Shown: positions 39,746-49,509 of the stretch, piece by piece | Position numbering within the stretch: position 1 is the first letter of the stretch | Layout of the letters: each line of letters starts with the position of its first letter | The notes under the pieces: generated by a model | Seen by the model: only the letters and a program-made list of their open reading frames with translations | Databases searched by the model: none | Told to the model about the DNA's origin: nothing | Source: an uncultured Sulfitobacter sp. | GTDB lineage: Bacteria > Pseudomonadota > Alphaproteobacteria > Rhodobacterales > Rhodobacteraceae | DNA length: 64,000 nucleotides | Assembly: GCA_965364195.1 (NCBI GenBank) | Contig: CBDTVN010000001.1 | Coordinates: 721-64,720 of the forward strand | Direction of reading: 5' to 3' | Program-made: the position numbers and the translations under genes

Positions 39746-40726
39746 ATGACAGACGCAAACAACAGCGGGTGGGACGATACAGTCCTGCCGTTCCAGCTTG
39801 ATAATTCCGACATGCGCGGGCGTATTGCGCGTCTCGATACTGCATTGGCCGGTATTCTGGAGCAGCACAACTATCCGCCGGTCGTCGAGGCGTTGGTGGC
39901 CGAGATGGCATTGCTGACTGCGCTGATTGGCCAAACGATGAAATTGCGTTGGAAGCTCCAGTTGCAGGTGCAGTCGGACGGGCCGGTCCGCATGATTGCC
40001 ACAGATTATTATGGCCCCGAAGAAGAAGGTGCGCCCGCGCGTATTCGCGCCTATGCCAGCTATGACGCAGACCGCCTGACCGACGGCGCCCCGATTGAGC
40101 AGATTGGCAAAGGCTATTTTGCTGTGATGATTGATCAGGGTAAGGGGACGACACCCTATCAAGGCATTTCGCCACTTTCCGCTGAGAGCCTGTCAAAATC
40201 CGCAGAAGGGTATTTTGCACAGTCAGAGCAGTTGCCGACGCGGTTCGAGCTGAGCTTTGGCAAATCCACAACTCCAGATGCGCCTGAACATTGGCGTGCT
40301 GGTGGCGTGATGTTGCAGCATATGCCAAAAGCATCGCCATTTGCTGCGCAAAGCGAAGGGTCTGGTGACATCTTGCAGCCTATTGATTTGCTGGGCGATG
40401 ACGAGAAAGAAAACTGGAACCGTGTGAACATCCTGCTCGACACGGTTGATGATCTGGAGCTGATCGGTCCGACGTTACAGCCGTCCGATGTCTTGCTGCG
40501 CCTGTTCCATGAAGAGCGCCCGCGTGTATTTGAAAAACAGCGCGTGCACTTTGGCTGTTCGTGTTCGGAGGACCGCGTGCGGCAAAGCCTGTCGATCTAT
40601 TCTGCGAAGGATATTTCAACCATGACCACAGATGAGGGTCGCGTTACCGCGGATTGCCAGTTCTGCGGCGCGCATTACGACATTGATCCCGCGACTGTGG
40701 GTTTCGATGCCGAGAAGGATGCGTAG
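39746..40726 (+). CDS. hslO: Redox-regulated chaperone Hsp33
   Basis: 326 aa with the C-terminal zinc centre CSCSEDRV...CQFCGAHY. Confidence 0.9.
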   Translation: MTDANNSGWDDTVLPFQLDNSDMRGRIARLDTALAGILEQHNYPPVVEALVAEMALLTALIGQTMKLRWKLQLQVQSDGPVRMIATDYYGPEEEGAPARIRAYASYDADRLTDGAPIEQIGKGYFAVMIDQGKGTTPYQGISPLSAESLSKSAEGYFAQSEQLPTRFELSFGKSTTPDAPEHWRAGGVMLQHMPKASPFAAQSEGSGDILQPIDLLGDDEKENWNRVNILLDTVDDLELIGPTLQPSDVLLRLFHEERPRVFEKQRVHFGCSCSEDRVRQSLSIYSAKDISTMTTDEGRVTADCQFCGAHYDIDPATVGFDAEKDA

Positions 40727-41315
40727 TACGCTCGATCATTTCCGTTCGGCCTTGGTTCAAGAAGGCGTTGGGTCGTCTGACTTTGATCTAAACCCAGACA
40801 CTGTATTACCGGCTGGGCGCAAATTGCGGCCTGCTGGTGTACTTGCCCCGATCATTGAGACAGATCGCGGCCTTAGCCTTTTGCTGACGAAACGTTCTGC
40901 CGCGCTCAAGCACCACCCCGGGCAGATTGCGTTTCCCGGCGGGAAGCAGGATGATGGCGACGCGGATGTTATTGCCGCAGCGCTTCGTGAGGCACACGAA
41001 GAAATCGGCTTGCCGCCCGAGTGTGTTGAAGTGTTGGGCACTTTGCCGTCGCATGAGACCGTGACGAGTTTCCACATCACTCCTGTCATCGGCTTTGTCA
41101 AAGAGCCGTTTGTTATCGTGCCTGAACCGGGTGAGGTAGACGAGGTCTTTGCCGTGCCGCTCGACCATGTCCTGAACGCGGATAATTACATCATTCAGTC
41201 GCGGCGATGGCGTGGGCAGATGCGCCACTATTTCGTCGTACCTTTTGGGCCCTATTACATCTGGGGTGCGACTGCGCGTATGCTGCGCGCATGGACCGAG
41301 ATTATTCAAAAATAG
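40719..41315 (+). CDS. nudL: CoA pyrophosphatase (NUDIX, NudL-like)
   Basis: LLLTKRSAALKHHPGQIAFPGGKQDDGD..ALREAHEEIG. ATG 40719 overlaps the hslO stop. ATG 40707 is an alternative start. Confidence 0.8.
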   Translation: MRSTLDHFRSALVQEGVGSSDFDLNPDTVLPAGRKLRPAGVLAPIIETDRGLSLLLTKRSAALKHHPGQIAFPGGKQDDGDADVIAAALREAHEEIGLPPECVEVLGTLPSHETVTSFHITPVIGFVKEPFVIVPEPGEVDEVFAVPLDHVLNADNYIIQSRRWRGQMRHYFVVPFGPYYIWGATARMLRAWTEIIQK

Positions 41316-42475
41316 CTGCCGCTGATGCGCCGTGGTTAATGGACCCGTCCGCGCAGGCCGTTTGTAATGCGATAACGCGCGGCGGTTTCCGGATCTACTA
41401 TGTCGGGGGGTGTGTGCGGAATGCGCTTTTGGGTGCGCCGGTTAGTGATGTGGATATGTCCACGAACGCAACGCCCCAACAGGTGACTACCCTGACCGAA
41501 GCGGCGGGGTTGAAACCTGTTCCTACGGGAATCGATCATGGCACGATTACGGTTGTCTCGGATGGGATCGGATATGAGGTGACCACATTTCGACGCGATG
41601 TTGAGACAGATGGCCGTCGCGCTGTCGTTGCTTTTTCAGATGATATTTCTGACGATGCCCGGCGCCGGGATTTTACGATGAATGCGCTTTATGCTGATAC
41701 GGGGGGCAATGTGATTGATCCACTCGGAGGTATTGATGACCTTCGTGCCCGGCGGGTGAGATTTATCGAGGATGCTGATCAGCGTATTCGCGAGGATTAT
41801 TTGCGCGCGCTCCGGTATTTCCGTTTCCATGCATGGTACGGTAATGCCTCTGCAGGAATGGATGCTGAAGCCCTCGCGGCAATAGGCTCTAACCTTGATG
41901 GTTTAGAGACGCTTTCAGCTGAACGGGTCGGTGCTGAGTTGCGCAAACTTTTGAGTGCGGCTGATCCATCCACTGCCTTGGCTGCGATGGCTCAAACGGG
42001 TGTGTTGGGAATGATATTGCCTGGCGCAGATGTGCGGTTTGCCCTGTTAATGATACACAGTGAAGGCATCATTGCTCATGCGCCAAACTGGATTGGTCGA
42101 TTGGTTGCGTTGGGGGGGGGGGATGTCTCCGTTCGCCTGCGGCTTAGCAAGGCAGAGCAGCGTGCGTATGAGGGTATCAAAAGAGCATCTTTCGACGATA
42201 TTCCCCTTTTAGGAACTGCTTTTGAATCGGGAACCGAGGTCGCGATTCAAGCGTACCTCATCCGGTGTGCGATAGCAGAGTCTTTGCCCGATGTGTCATA
42301 CCTTGGTGTATTGGCTGATGCTGCGGCACAGAAGTTTCCGGTAATGGCCGCTGACCTTATGCCAACTTATCAAGGTGCTTCTTTGGGTGCGCGCCTGTTT
42401 CAGTTGAAATCAACGTGGATTGCGTCAGGTTTCGAGTTAAGCAAAGAAGAGCTACTGTTAATACCAGCGTCCTAG
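41291..42475 (+). CDS. cca: CCA tRNA nucleotidyltransferase / poly(A) polymerase family
   Basis: About 394 aa with the head-domain motif YYVGGCVRNALLG..DVDM and RRDFTMNALY. The start at 41291 is uncertain. Confidence 0.75.
   Translation: MDRDYSKIAAADAPWLMDPSAQAVCNAITRGGFRIYYVGGCVRNALLGAPVSDVDMSTNATPQQVTTLTEAAGLKPVPTGIDHGTITVVSDGIGYEVTTFRRDVETDGRRAVVAFSDDISDDARRRDFTMNALYADTGGNVIDPLGGIDDLRARRVRFIEDADQRIREDYLRALRYFRFHAWYGNASAGMDAEALAAIGSNLDGLETLSAERVGAELRKLLSAADPSTALAAMAQTGVLGMILPGADVRFALLMIHSEGIIAHAPNWIGRLVALGGGDVSVRLRLSKAEQRAYEGIKRASFDDIPLLGTAFESGTEVAIQAYLIRCAIAESLPDVSYLGVLADAAAQKFPVMAADLMPTYQGASLGARLFQLKSTWIASGFELSKEELLLIPAS
42112..42122 (+). repeat. G11 homopolymer inside cca
   Basis: ttG GGG GGG GGG Gat encodes L-G-G-G-D. 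By eye this is the longest homopolymer within a coding region of the window. Confidence 0.9.
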
Positions 42476-42513
42476 CATAACGTCGGACCATCAAGCGATT
42501 TGAGGCGAACCGA

Positions 42514-44355
42514 ATGTTCCGATATTTTGAGAATTTGATAGATCCATACGTAGAGTATGAGAAGGAGGACCGCCCCCCGCAGGACCTTTGGTCCTTTTTC
42601 TTGGGATATAGCCAGCCATTTAAAAAGGTGTTCGCATTGACTGCGTTCATGTCGATTGTTGTCGCGGCGATCGAAGTTGGACTGATCTATTACATGGGGC
42701 GCATTGTCGATGTGTTGGAGCAAGGCCCCGAGCAAATGTGGGCGCAACATGGGACCGAGTTAATTATTGTCGCGCTATTTATCGTTTTCCTGCGGCCCGT
42801 GTTTCAGGCGTTTGATGTGGCGCTGATCAACAATGCCATTATGCCAAATTTCGGGACGCTTATTCGTTGGCGTGCGCACCGTCAGGTATTGCGCCAGTCC
42901 GTGGGTTGGTTCGAGAATGATTTTGCGGGCCGCATCGCCAACCGAATCATGCAGACGCCACCTGCGGCGGGCGAGGTTGTGTTCCAAGCTTTTGATGCGA
43001 TCTCATTTTCGCTCGCCTATCTTATTGGAGCGGCGATTTTACTGACCAGTGCCGATCCGCGACTGTTGCTACCGCTCGTGATTTGGTTTGCGCTTTATGT
43101 CCTTTTGTCGCGCTGGGCGATTCGGCGCATTGGTCCCGCATCCAAGGCGGCTTCGGACGCGCGCTCGGCCGTGACGGGCCGCGTGGTTGATGCTTATACC
43201 AACATCCACTCCGTCAAGATGTTTGCCCATCACGACCGTGAAGAGATGTACGCCAAAGAGGCGATTGAAGAAGCGCGCCGCACCTTTCAGGTTGAGCAGC
43301 GTATTTTCACGAAGATGGATTTCTCGCTTGTCTTGTTGAACGGTCTTTTGATCGTTGGTGTTGTCGGTTGGGCGCTCGCGCTTTGGGTGCAGGGGGAGGC
43401 GAGTGTCGGCACCGTCGCCACCGCCGCGACGCTGACTTTGCGGCTCAACTCTATGACGGCATGGATCATGTGGGCGCTGTCCGCGTTCTTTCGCCAGCTT
43501 GGCGTTGTGGCCGAGGGCATGGAAACGATTGCGCAGCCGATCACCCTTGTTGATGCACCAGATGCAAAGCCCCTACAGCTCAGCGATGGGCGGATCGAAA
43601 TGACGGGATTGACCCATCATTACGGTCGCCCTTCAGGAGGTCTGAATGCGATTGATTTAGTCATTGAACCGGGTCAGAAGATTGGCCTGATCGGCCGCTC
43701 GGGTGCAGGTAAATCGACCCTACTAAAGCTTCTTTTGCGATTTTACGATGCAGAAGCAGGGCAGATCAGGATCGACGGGCAGGACATCACAACCGTGACC
43801 CAAGACAGCCTGCGCCGCCAGATTGGGATGGTGCAACAAGACAGCGCACTGCTCCACCGCTCTGTCATGGAAAACATCCGCTATGGCCGCCCCGATGCGT
43901 CGGAAGGGGAGGCGATGGAAGCGGCACAGCAAGCGGAGGCGCATGAGTTTATCGGTGATCTTCAAGATCCTGAAGGGCGCACAGGCTATGCGTCCCGTGT
44001 CGGGGAGCGCGGCGTGAAACTGTCGGGCGGTCAGCGCCAGCGTGTGACCCTTGCGCGGGTAATTCTGAAAGATGCGCCGATCTTGTTGTTGGATGAGGCG
44101 ACAAGTGCGCTCGACAGCGAAGTCGAAGCGGCAATCCAGAAAACCCTCTATGGCATGATGGAAGGAAAGACGGTTATTGCCATTGCGCACCGCTTGTCCA
44201 CCATTGCGGAGATGGACCGGATTTTGGTGCTGGATGAAGGTCGAATTGTCGAGGACGGTGACCATGACGCGCTTTTGGCGGCAGGTGGGCTATATGCACA
44301 GTTCTGGGCGCGCCAATCTGGTGGGTTTTTGAAAACGGAAGATGACGACACGTGA
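42514..44355 (+). CDS. ABC exporter, fused permease/ATPase (half-transporter 1)
   Basis: 613 aa with an N-terminal 6-TM domain, Walker A GRSGAGKST, signature LSGGQRQR and Walker B ILLLDEATS. Confidence 0.9.
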   Translation: MFRYFENLIDPYVEYEKEDRPPQDLWSFFLGYSQPFKKVFALTAFMSIVVAAIEVGLIYYMGRIVDVLEQGPEQMWAQHGTELIIVALFIVFLRPVFQAFDVALINNAIMPNFGTLIRWRAHRQVLRQSVGWFENDFAGRIANRIMQTPPAAGEVVFQAFDAISFSLAYLIGAAILLTSADPRLLLPLVIWFALYVLLSRWAIRRIGPASKAASDARSAVTGRVVDAYTNIHSVKMFAHHDREEMYAKEAIEEARRTFQVEQRIFTKMDFSLVLLNGLLIVGVVGWALALWVQGEASVGTVATAATLTLRLNSMTAWIMWALSAFFRQLGVVAEGMETIAQPITLVDAPDAKPLQLSDGRIEMTGLTHHYGRPSGGLNAIDLVIEPGQKIGLIGRSGAGKSTLLKLLLRFYDAEAGQIRIDGQDITTVTQDSLRRQIGMVQQDSALLHRSVMENIRYGRPDASEGEAMEAAQQAEAHEFIGDLQDPEGRTGYASRVGERGVKLSGGQRQRVTLARVILKDAPILLLDEATSALDSEVEAAIQKTLYGMMEGKTVIAIAHRLSTIAEMDRILVLDEGRIVEDGDHDALLAAGGLYAQFWARQSGGFLKTEDDDT

Positions 44356-46184
44356 ATATCGGAAACTGGATCGACGCATTCCGCCCTGCTGAAGGGCCGC
44401 CGCCGCAGGAATTGGGCGCGTTCATGCGCTGGTGTTTGTCTGGTGCGTGGCCTGCGCTTTGGTTGGCGGCGGCGTTTTCCGCGCTCGCGGGCGCGTTGGA
44501 GGCTGGGACCGCGCTCATCTTGGGCTGGGTGATTGATGCAACAGTAGCGAGCGGGCCAGAGGCGTTCTTCGATGGCCGTAATACGGCCGTTATCATTCTT
44601 TCTATCGGATTCTTCCTCATCGCGCGGCCTGTTCTGTTTGGCCTGTCTGCGGGGTCAAATGCGATCATTGTACAGCCGAATTTAAATCCGCTTGTGCTGT
44701 CGCGCTTGCATCGCTGGTCCTTGGGCCAGAACGTAAGCTTCTTTGACGATGATTTCGCAGGCCGTATTGCGCAAAAACAGATGCAGACTGCGCGTGCAGT
44801 AACGGACGTTGCTGCCGAGATGATAAATGTTGTGGCCTTCGCGCTCGCCTCGCTTATTGGATCAGTCCTGTTGCTGACCGCGATCAACATGTGGATTGCT
44901 CTTGGCCTTGCAGTTTGGCTGGTGTTCTATTTTGCGCTAATCAAATGGTTCCTGCCACGCATCCGGTCGCGATCGGCGGCACGGGCGGGCGCGCGGTCTT
45001 TGGTGTCCGGCCAGGTTGTAGATACGATCACTAATATCAAAACGGTCAAACTATTTGCCCATGACGATCATGAAGACCGCGCAGCGCTGGATGCGATGCG
45101 GAGTTTTCGTAAACGTGCGTTGGATTATGGCTATCTCGCTGCAGGGTTCCGGTTTTCGTTGATGAGTCTCGCAGGTATTCTTCCTGTTCTCTTGATTGGT
45201 GCGACTGTCCTGCTGTGGCAGCGCGATATGGCAAGTGCGGGTGACATTGCCGCCGCGGGTGCAATTTCCATCAGGATTGCACAGATGACCGGCTGGGTCA
45301 GCTTCACGATGATGGCGATCTATTCGAATATTGGTGAGATCGAGGATGGGATGCGGACCTTGACGCCGCGCACACGGTTGGAAGACGCACAAGACGCGAA
45401 GGTGTTGAACGCCGCTGGCGGCGAAGTTCAGTTTGACGGGGTTCAATTTGCCTATGGCCGTAAGGCTGGCGGGATCGAGCGGATCGATTTGACCATCGGT
45501 GCAGGTGAAAAACTGGGCGTTGTAGGCGCGTCTGGTGCGGGCAAGTCGACCTTGGTGGCGCTCATGCTTAGGCTCTATGAAGCAGAGCAGGGCCAAATTT
45601 TGATTGACGGGCAGGACATCACGGACGTGACACAAGAGAGCCTGCGCCGCTCTATCGCGATGGTCACGCAGGAGACGGCGATGTTCAACCGCTCTGCGCG
45701 GGAAAACATTTTGTATGGTCGGCCTGACGCGCCCGAGGCAGAGATGATAGCAGCGGCCAAGCAGGCAGAAGCGCATGAGTTTATACTGCAACTTGAAGAT
45801 CACAAAGGCCGCACCGGGTATGATGCTCATCTCGGAGAACGCGGGGTGAAGCTGTCAGGTGGGCAACGGCAACGCATCGCATTGGCCCGCGCGATCATAA
45901 AGGACGCTCCGATTCTGGTGTTGGATGAGGCGACAAGTGCGCTCGACAGTGAGGTCGAGGCTGCGATTCAATCCGCGTTGGAGCGGGTGATGGAAGGAAA
46001 GACTGTGATGGCGATTGCACACCGTCTGTCCACCCTTCGGGAGATGGACAGAATCGTGGTGCTGGACCGAGGGCGCATTGCCGAGGCGGGTACACATGAT
46101 GAACTTCTAGCGCTGAATGGTCTCTATGCAGGATATTGGAACCGCCAGTCAGGCGGGTTTCTTGATCTCAAGGCTGCGGAATAG
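44352..46184 (+). CDS. ABC exporter, fused permease/ATPase (half-transporter 2)
   Basis: 610 aa with Walker A GASGAGKST, signature LSGGQRQR and Walker B ILVLDEATS. The GTG start overlaps the stop of the preceding gene (GTGA), which suggests a heterodimer. Confidence 0.9.
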   Translation: MNIGNWIDAFRPAEGPPPQELGAFMRWCLSGAWPALWLAAAFSALAGALEAGTALILGWVIDATVASGPEAFFDGRNTAVIILSIGFFLIARPVLFGLSAGSNAIIVQPNLNPLVLSRLHRWSLGQNVSFFDDDFAGRIAQKQMQTARAVTDVAAEMINVVAFALASLIGSVLLLTAINMWIALGLAVWLVFYFALIKWFLPRIRSRSAARAGARSLVSGQVVDTITNIKTVKLFAHDDHEDRAALDAMRSFRKRALDYGYLAAGFRFSLMSLAGILPVLLIGATVLLWQRDMASAGDIAAAGAISIRIAQMTGWVSFTMMAIYSNIGEIEDGMRTLTPRTRLEDAQDAKVLNAAGGEVQFDGVQFAYGRKAGGIERIDLTIGAGEKLGVVGASGAGKSTLVALMLRLYEAEQGQILIDGQDITDVTQESLRRSIAMVTQETAMFNRSARENILYGRPDAPEAEMIAAAKQAEAHEFILQLEDHKGRTGYDAHLGERGVKLSGGQRQRIALARAIIKDAPILVLDEATSALDSEVEAAIQSALERVMEGKTVMAIAHRLSTLREMDRIVVLDRGRIAEAGTHDELLALNGLYAGYWNRQSGGFLDLKAAE

Positions 46185-46223
46185 GGGCTGGCGGCAGCGC
46201 GCGTGCGGCGCTATGGCGGGGGC

Positions 46224-47441
46224 ATGACAGAATATAGCATAAAACGTCTTGGCATTTTTGGTGACGGCATTGCCGAAGGTCCGGTATTTGTTCCGATGAC
46301 CCTCCCCGGCGAAGTTGTGACTGGCACGCTCAATGGGACGACCTTGAGCGATGTAAAGATTATCACGCCATCGGATGATCGTGTGGCGCCGCCCTGCAAG
46401 CATTTCAAATCCTGCGGTGGGTGCCAACTTCAACATGCGTCTGACGCTGTTGTTGAAGCGTTTAAGACGGATATAATTGCCCAAGCTTTGGCCGCGCAGG
46501 GGATCAAGACCGAGATCAGACCGATTGTGACTTCACCTGCGCAATCGCGCCGCCGCGCCACATTCGCCGCGCGCCGCACCAAGAAGGGGGCGATGTCCGG
46601 CTTTCATGGGCGTGCTTCGGGTACCGTGATCGAAATACCGGATTGTAAGCTGGTTGAACCCGAGCTGCTCGCTGCACGTGATATTGCCGAATCGTTGGCA
46701 GAGCTGGGCGGGAGCCGTAAGGCTACGCTCGCCGTGACTGTAACAACGTCGCGGGTAGGCTTGGATGTGCAGGTAAGTGGTGGAAAGCCGATAGATGGGC
46801 CGCTTCGGATTACGCTCGCGGCTTTGTGTGACAGTCGCGGTTTTGCCCGCCTGACGTGGGAGGACGAAGTGATCGCGCAGCGTGCGCCGCCTGTCCAGCG
46901 CTTTGGCGTGGCCGATGTGTGCCCTCCGCCGGGCGCGTTTATGCAGGCCACCGCGCACGGTGAGGCGCACTTGCTCGCCGCTGTCCAAGAGGCTGTTGGT
47001 AGTGCAAAGCGCGTGATTGATCTGTTTGCCGGGTGTGGGACGTTTACGCTGCCGCTTGCCAAAAATGCGGAAGTATTCGCCGTTGAGGGTGACAAGCAGA
47101 TGATGGCTGCGATGGATAAGGGCTGGCGTATGGCGACGGGCCTCAAGACTGTGACTCACGCCGCACGTGATCTGTACCGCCGTCCGCTGCTGCCCGATGA
47201 GTTCAAGAAGTATGACGCTGTTGTCATGGATCCGCCGCGCAACGGCGCCGAGGCGCAGACAACGGAACTGCTACGCAGCGATATCAAGCGGGTCGCCTAT
47301 GTCTCATGCAATCCTGTGACCTTTGCGCGGGACGTGGCCCAAATGATTGCGGGGGGGTTCACACTTGACTGGGTGCAGCCGGTAGATCAGTTCCGCTGGT
47401 CTTCCCATGTCGAGCTTGCAGCGCAACTTAGCCGTGACTGA
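46224..47441 (+). CDS. RNA (uracil-5)-methyltransferase, RlmD/TrmA (RumA) family
   Basis: Fe-S cluster motif CKHFKSCGGCQLQH, SAM-binding motif DLFAGCGTFTLPLA, and catalytic region VSCNPVTFARD. The start could be 46224 or 46203. Confidence 0.8.
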   Translation: MTEYSIKRLGIFGDGIAEGPVFVPMTLPGEVVTGTLNGTTLSDVKIITPSDDRVAPPCKHFKSCGGCQLQHASDAVVEAFKTDIIAQALAAQGIKTEIRPIVTSPAQSRRRATFAARRTKKGAMSGFHGRASGTVIEIPDCKLVEPELLAARDIAESLAELGGSRKATLAVTVTTSRVGLDVQVSGGKPIDGPLRITLAALCDSRGFARLTWEDEVIAQRAPPVQRFGVADVCPPPGAFMQATAHGEAHLLAAVQEAVGSAKRVIDLFAGCGTFTLPLAKNAEVFAVEGDKQMMAAMDKGWRMATGLKTVTHAARDLYRRPLLPDEFKKYDAVVMDPPRNGAEAQTTELLRSDIKRVAYVSCNPVTFARDVAQMIAGGFTLDWVQPVDQFRWSSHVELAAQLSRD

Positions 47442-47491
47442 TACGCCAGAATCCGCATATTTCTATAATTGACAGCTTTGTGATCTGTGAA

Positions 47492-47517
47492 ATTATTGAT
47501 ATAGTGTAGTCAATAAT
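47492..47517. promoter_or_regulatory. Operator-like inverted repeat upstream of the L,D-transpeptidase gene
   Basis: ATTATTGA (47492-47499), 10 nt, then TCAATAAT (47510-47517), with perfect 8-bp arms. TTGACA lies at 47469-47474 just upstream. Confidence 0.3.
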
Positions 47518-47546
47518 AGTCCGACAACGGATAGAGGCAGCAGTAC

Positions 47547-48044
47547 ATGAAACGTAGACATCTTATTCTGGGTGGCGCAGCAGTGGCGACCCTTGGGGCG
47601 TGCGCTCCGAGTAAATTCAAGCGGTATAACGGACCTGAAGTGACCGGCGTTGTCGTGAACAAGGGCGCGCGGAAGATGTACCTCATCAGCAAAGATCGCG
47701 TTCTGAAAGAATACGAAATTATGCTTGGATTTGCCCCAGAAGGGCACAAGGCGATTGAAGGTGATGGCAGGACGCCTGAGGGCCTTTACCGTATTAACCG
47801 CCGCAACCCAAACAGCCGCTTTCATCTATCGTTGGGTATCTCATATCCAAATGCAGAAGATGTTCGCGTAGCAAAAGATCTAGGCAAATCACCGGGTGGA
47901 GAGATTTTTATTCACGGCCAAAAGCATCCGTTACGCAAGGATAAGGGTGATTGGACTTGGGGGTGTATCGCAGTGACGAACAAGCAGATCGAAAAGCTGT
48001 ATGCGATGATCAAAGACGGCACACCAATTGCGATCAATCCTTAA
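47547..48044 (+). CDS. L,D-transpeptidase (YkuD) family lipoprotein
   Basis: 165 aa with a lipobox-like LGACAP and the catalytic region IFIHG...TWGCIAV. Confidence 0.75.
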   Translation: MKRRHLILGGAAVATLGACAPSKFKRYNGPEVTGVVVNKGARKMYLISKDRVLKEYEIMLGFAPEGHKAIEGDGRTPEGLYRINRRNPNSRFHLSLGISYPNAEDVRVAKDLGKSPGGEIFIHGQKHPLRKDKGDWTWGCIAVTNKQIEKLYAMIKDGTPIAINP

Positions 48045-48077
48045 AACCAGAAGGTTGTATGGAGGTGATCCGGTGGA

Positions 48078-48587
48078 TCAGCTGCCAAGCACCATCGTCC
48101 ACCAGATTTTACCGTTACGTTCCTGAAACCATGAAAAGCCCATTTTGCGGGCGTCTGGCGACATAATAATGCGGCGTGTGTCAGGCTGCTCCATCCACGC
48201 ACCAAGTGTTTCAAGTTCGCTTTCATACGTTTCCGAGATCACCTCACCGACGAGTGTACCAGGAAACCCAGCGCGGCTTACACGGTCTACAGGTGAGGAT
48301 CCATCAGAACCAAAATGCCAAGGTCGGTTTTGGACCTGCATGTCGCGTGAATGGGTTGCCGCGGCCGCTGTTAGCTGAGAATCAAGTTCCAACGGTCCCA
48401 GGGTTGCCGCGTTGCGCAGTGCATTGACTGAGTCGAGCATGCGAAACGGGATCTTTCCCGCGTCCCGCTGAGTGATTTTATAGGCAGCGGGTACAGGGAG
48501 TCCGTCAGCTCCTATTCTAGGGGTAGCGGGCTGGCAGGCGGACAGGGCCGTGACTGTAACCAACAAAAGAGTGAAAAGACGGATCAT
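48078..48587 (-). CDS. CAP/SCP (PR-1-like) domain lipoprotein
   Basis: 169 aa with a signal peptide and lipobox (LLVTVTALSACQ). SCP-like features are LDSVNALRNAATLGPLELDSQLTAAAATHSRDM and GAWMEQPDTRRIIM. Confidence 0.65.
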   Translation of the reverse strand: MIRLFTLLLVTVTALSACQPATPRIGADGLPVPAAYKITQRDAGKIPFRMLDSVNALRNAATLGPLELDSQLTAAAATHSRDMQVQNRPWHFGSDGSSPVDRVSRAGFPGTLVGEVISETYESELETLGAWMEQPDTRRIIMSPDARKMGFSWFQERNGKIWWTMVLGS

Positions 48588-48752
48588 TGCGCTACTCCAA
48601 GCCGAAATATGTTAATTTTCACTACATGCTGAGTTGCAACAGTTCAAACGCACTTCGCAGTGTTTCGTCTATCTCACAGCGGTTTGATTTGAAAATGTGT
48701 CTTTGTGGCAATATATGTAAGGTTATTGAGATTTCTCAGCCGGAGACATGAA

Positions 48753-49361
48753 ATGTCCAACATTAAGTTCAACACAACCTCGCGCCGTGGCTTCCTTGCC
48801 GGCAGTGCTGCAATGCTGGCCGCACCCGCGATTGCCCAGACGTCGGATGTAAACAGCCAAACTACAACCGAGACTGAGCGCGATGTTACCGAAGTGGTTC
48901 GCCGTAATATCTCAAGCTTTCGTACATTGAAGTGGCAACCGTATTTCGACAACACAAAAAATGGCGCGATTCTCGTCGATATTGATAGCCGCGCTGTGCA
49001 TTTCTGGTCCGAGGATCAGAGTGAGTACAAGCTGTATCCGTCTAGTGTACCGCTCACCCAAGAGTTGACGCGCCGCGGTCGCACCCAGGTTACCAAGATG
49101 GTTGTCGGCCCAAGCTGGCGCCCGACACCTTCAATGCTTAAGCGGAACCCGGAATGGCCTAAGTTTATCGGCCCTGGTCCTGACAACCCGTTGGGCACGC
49201 ATGCCATGCACCTCAGCTGGACCTATTACCGTATTCACGGCACCCACGACACGCGGAAAATCGGCCGACGGTCGTCAAACGGATGTATTGGCCTTTATAA
49301 TGAGCACATCGCCGAGTTATTTGGTAAGGCCAAGGTGGGCACACAAGTGTTGCTTATTTGA
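48753..49361 (+). CDS. L,D-transpeptidase (YkuD) family protein with Tat-type signal
   Basis: 202 aa from ATG 48753 with a twin-arginine signal TSRRGFLAGSAAMLAAPAIAQ and catalytic YRIHGT...SNGCIGL. Confidence 0.75.
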   Translation: MSNIKFNTTSRRGFLAGSAAMLAAPAIAQTSDVNSQTTTETERDVTEVVRRNISSFRTLKWQPYFDNTKNGAILVDIDSRAVHFWSEDQSEYKLYPSSVPLTQELTRRGRTQVTKMVVGPSWRPTPSMLKRNPEWPKFIGPGPDNPLGTHAMHLSWTYYRIHGTHDTRKIGRRSSNGCIGLYNEHIAELFGKAKVGTQVLLI

Positions 49362-49509
49362 CGACATTGAGTTTTGACTCGTAAAGGTTTCAAGAATGGA
49401 TGTTCCCTTCGGCTGGCAGATGCTATTAAAAAAAAGTTACTATGAGGTATTTCTTACGTGCGTTTCATGTTGAGAATCGTGGCGCGCCGTTTTCTGGAGG
49501 TTATTTACT

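Noticed and set aside
39666-40340. Upstream 225 codons of the 373-aa minus-strand ORF 39219..40340
   Set aside because: It is antisense to the well-supported hslO gene. The sequence is Arg/Ala/Pro/Ser/Gln-rich and low in complexity, with no recognisable motif. Only the last 148 aa, from GTG 39665, carry the Nudix fold, and that start leaves a normal 80-nt divergent intergenic region.
44174-45830. Minus-strand ORFs of 238 and 259 aa
   Set aside because: They are antisense to the second ABC exporter gene and have low-complexity composition.
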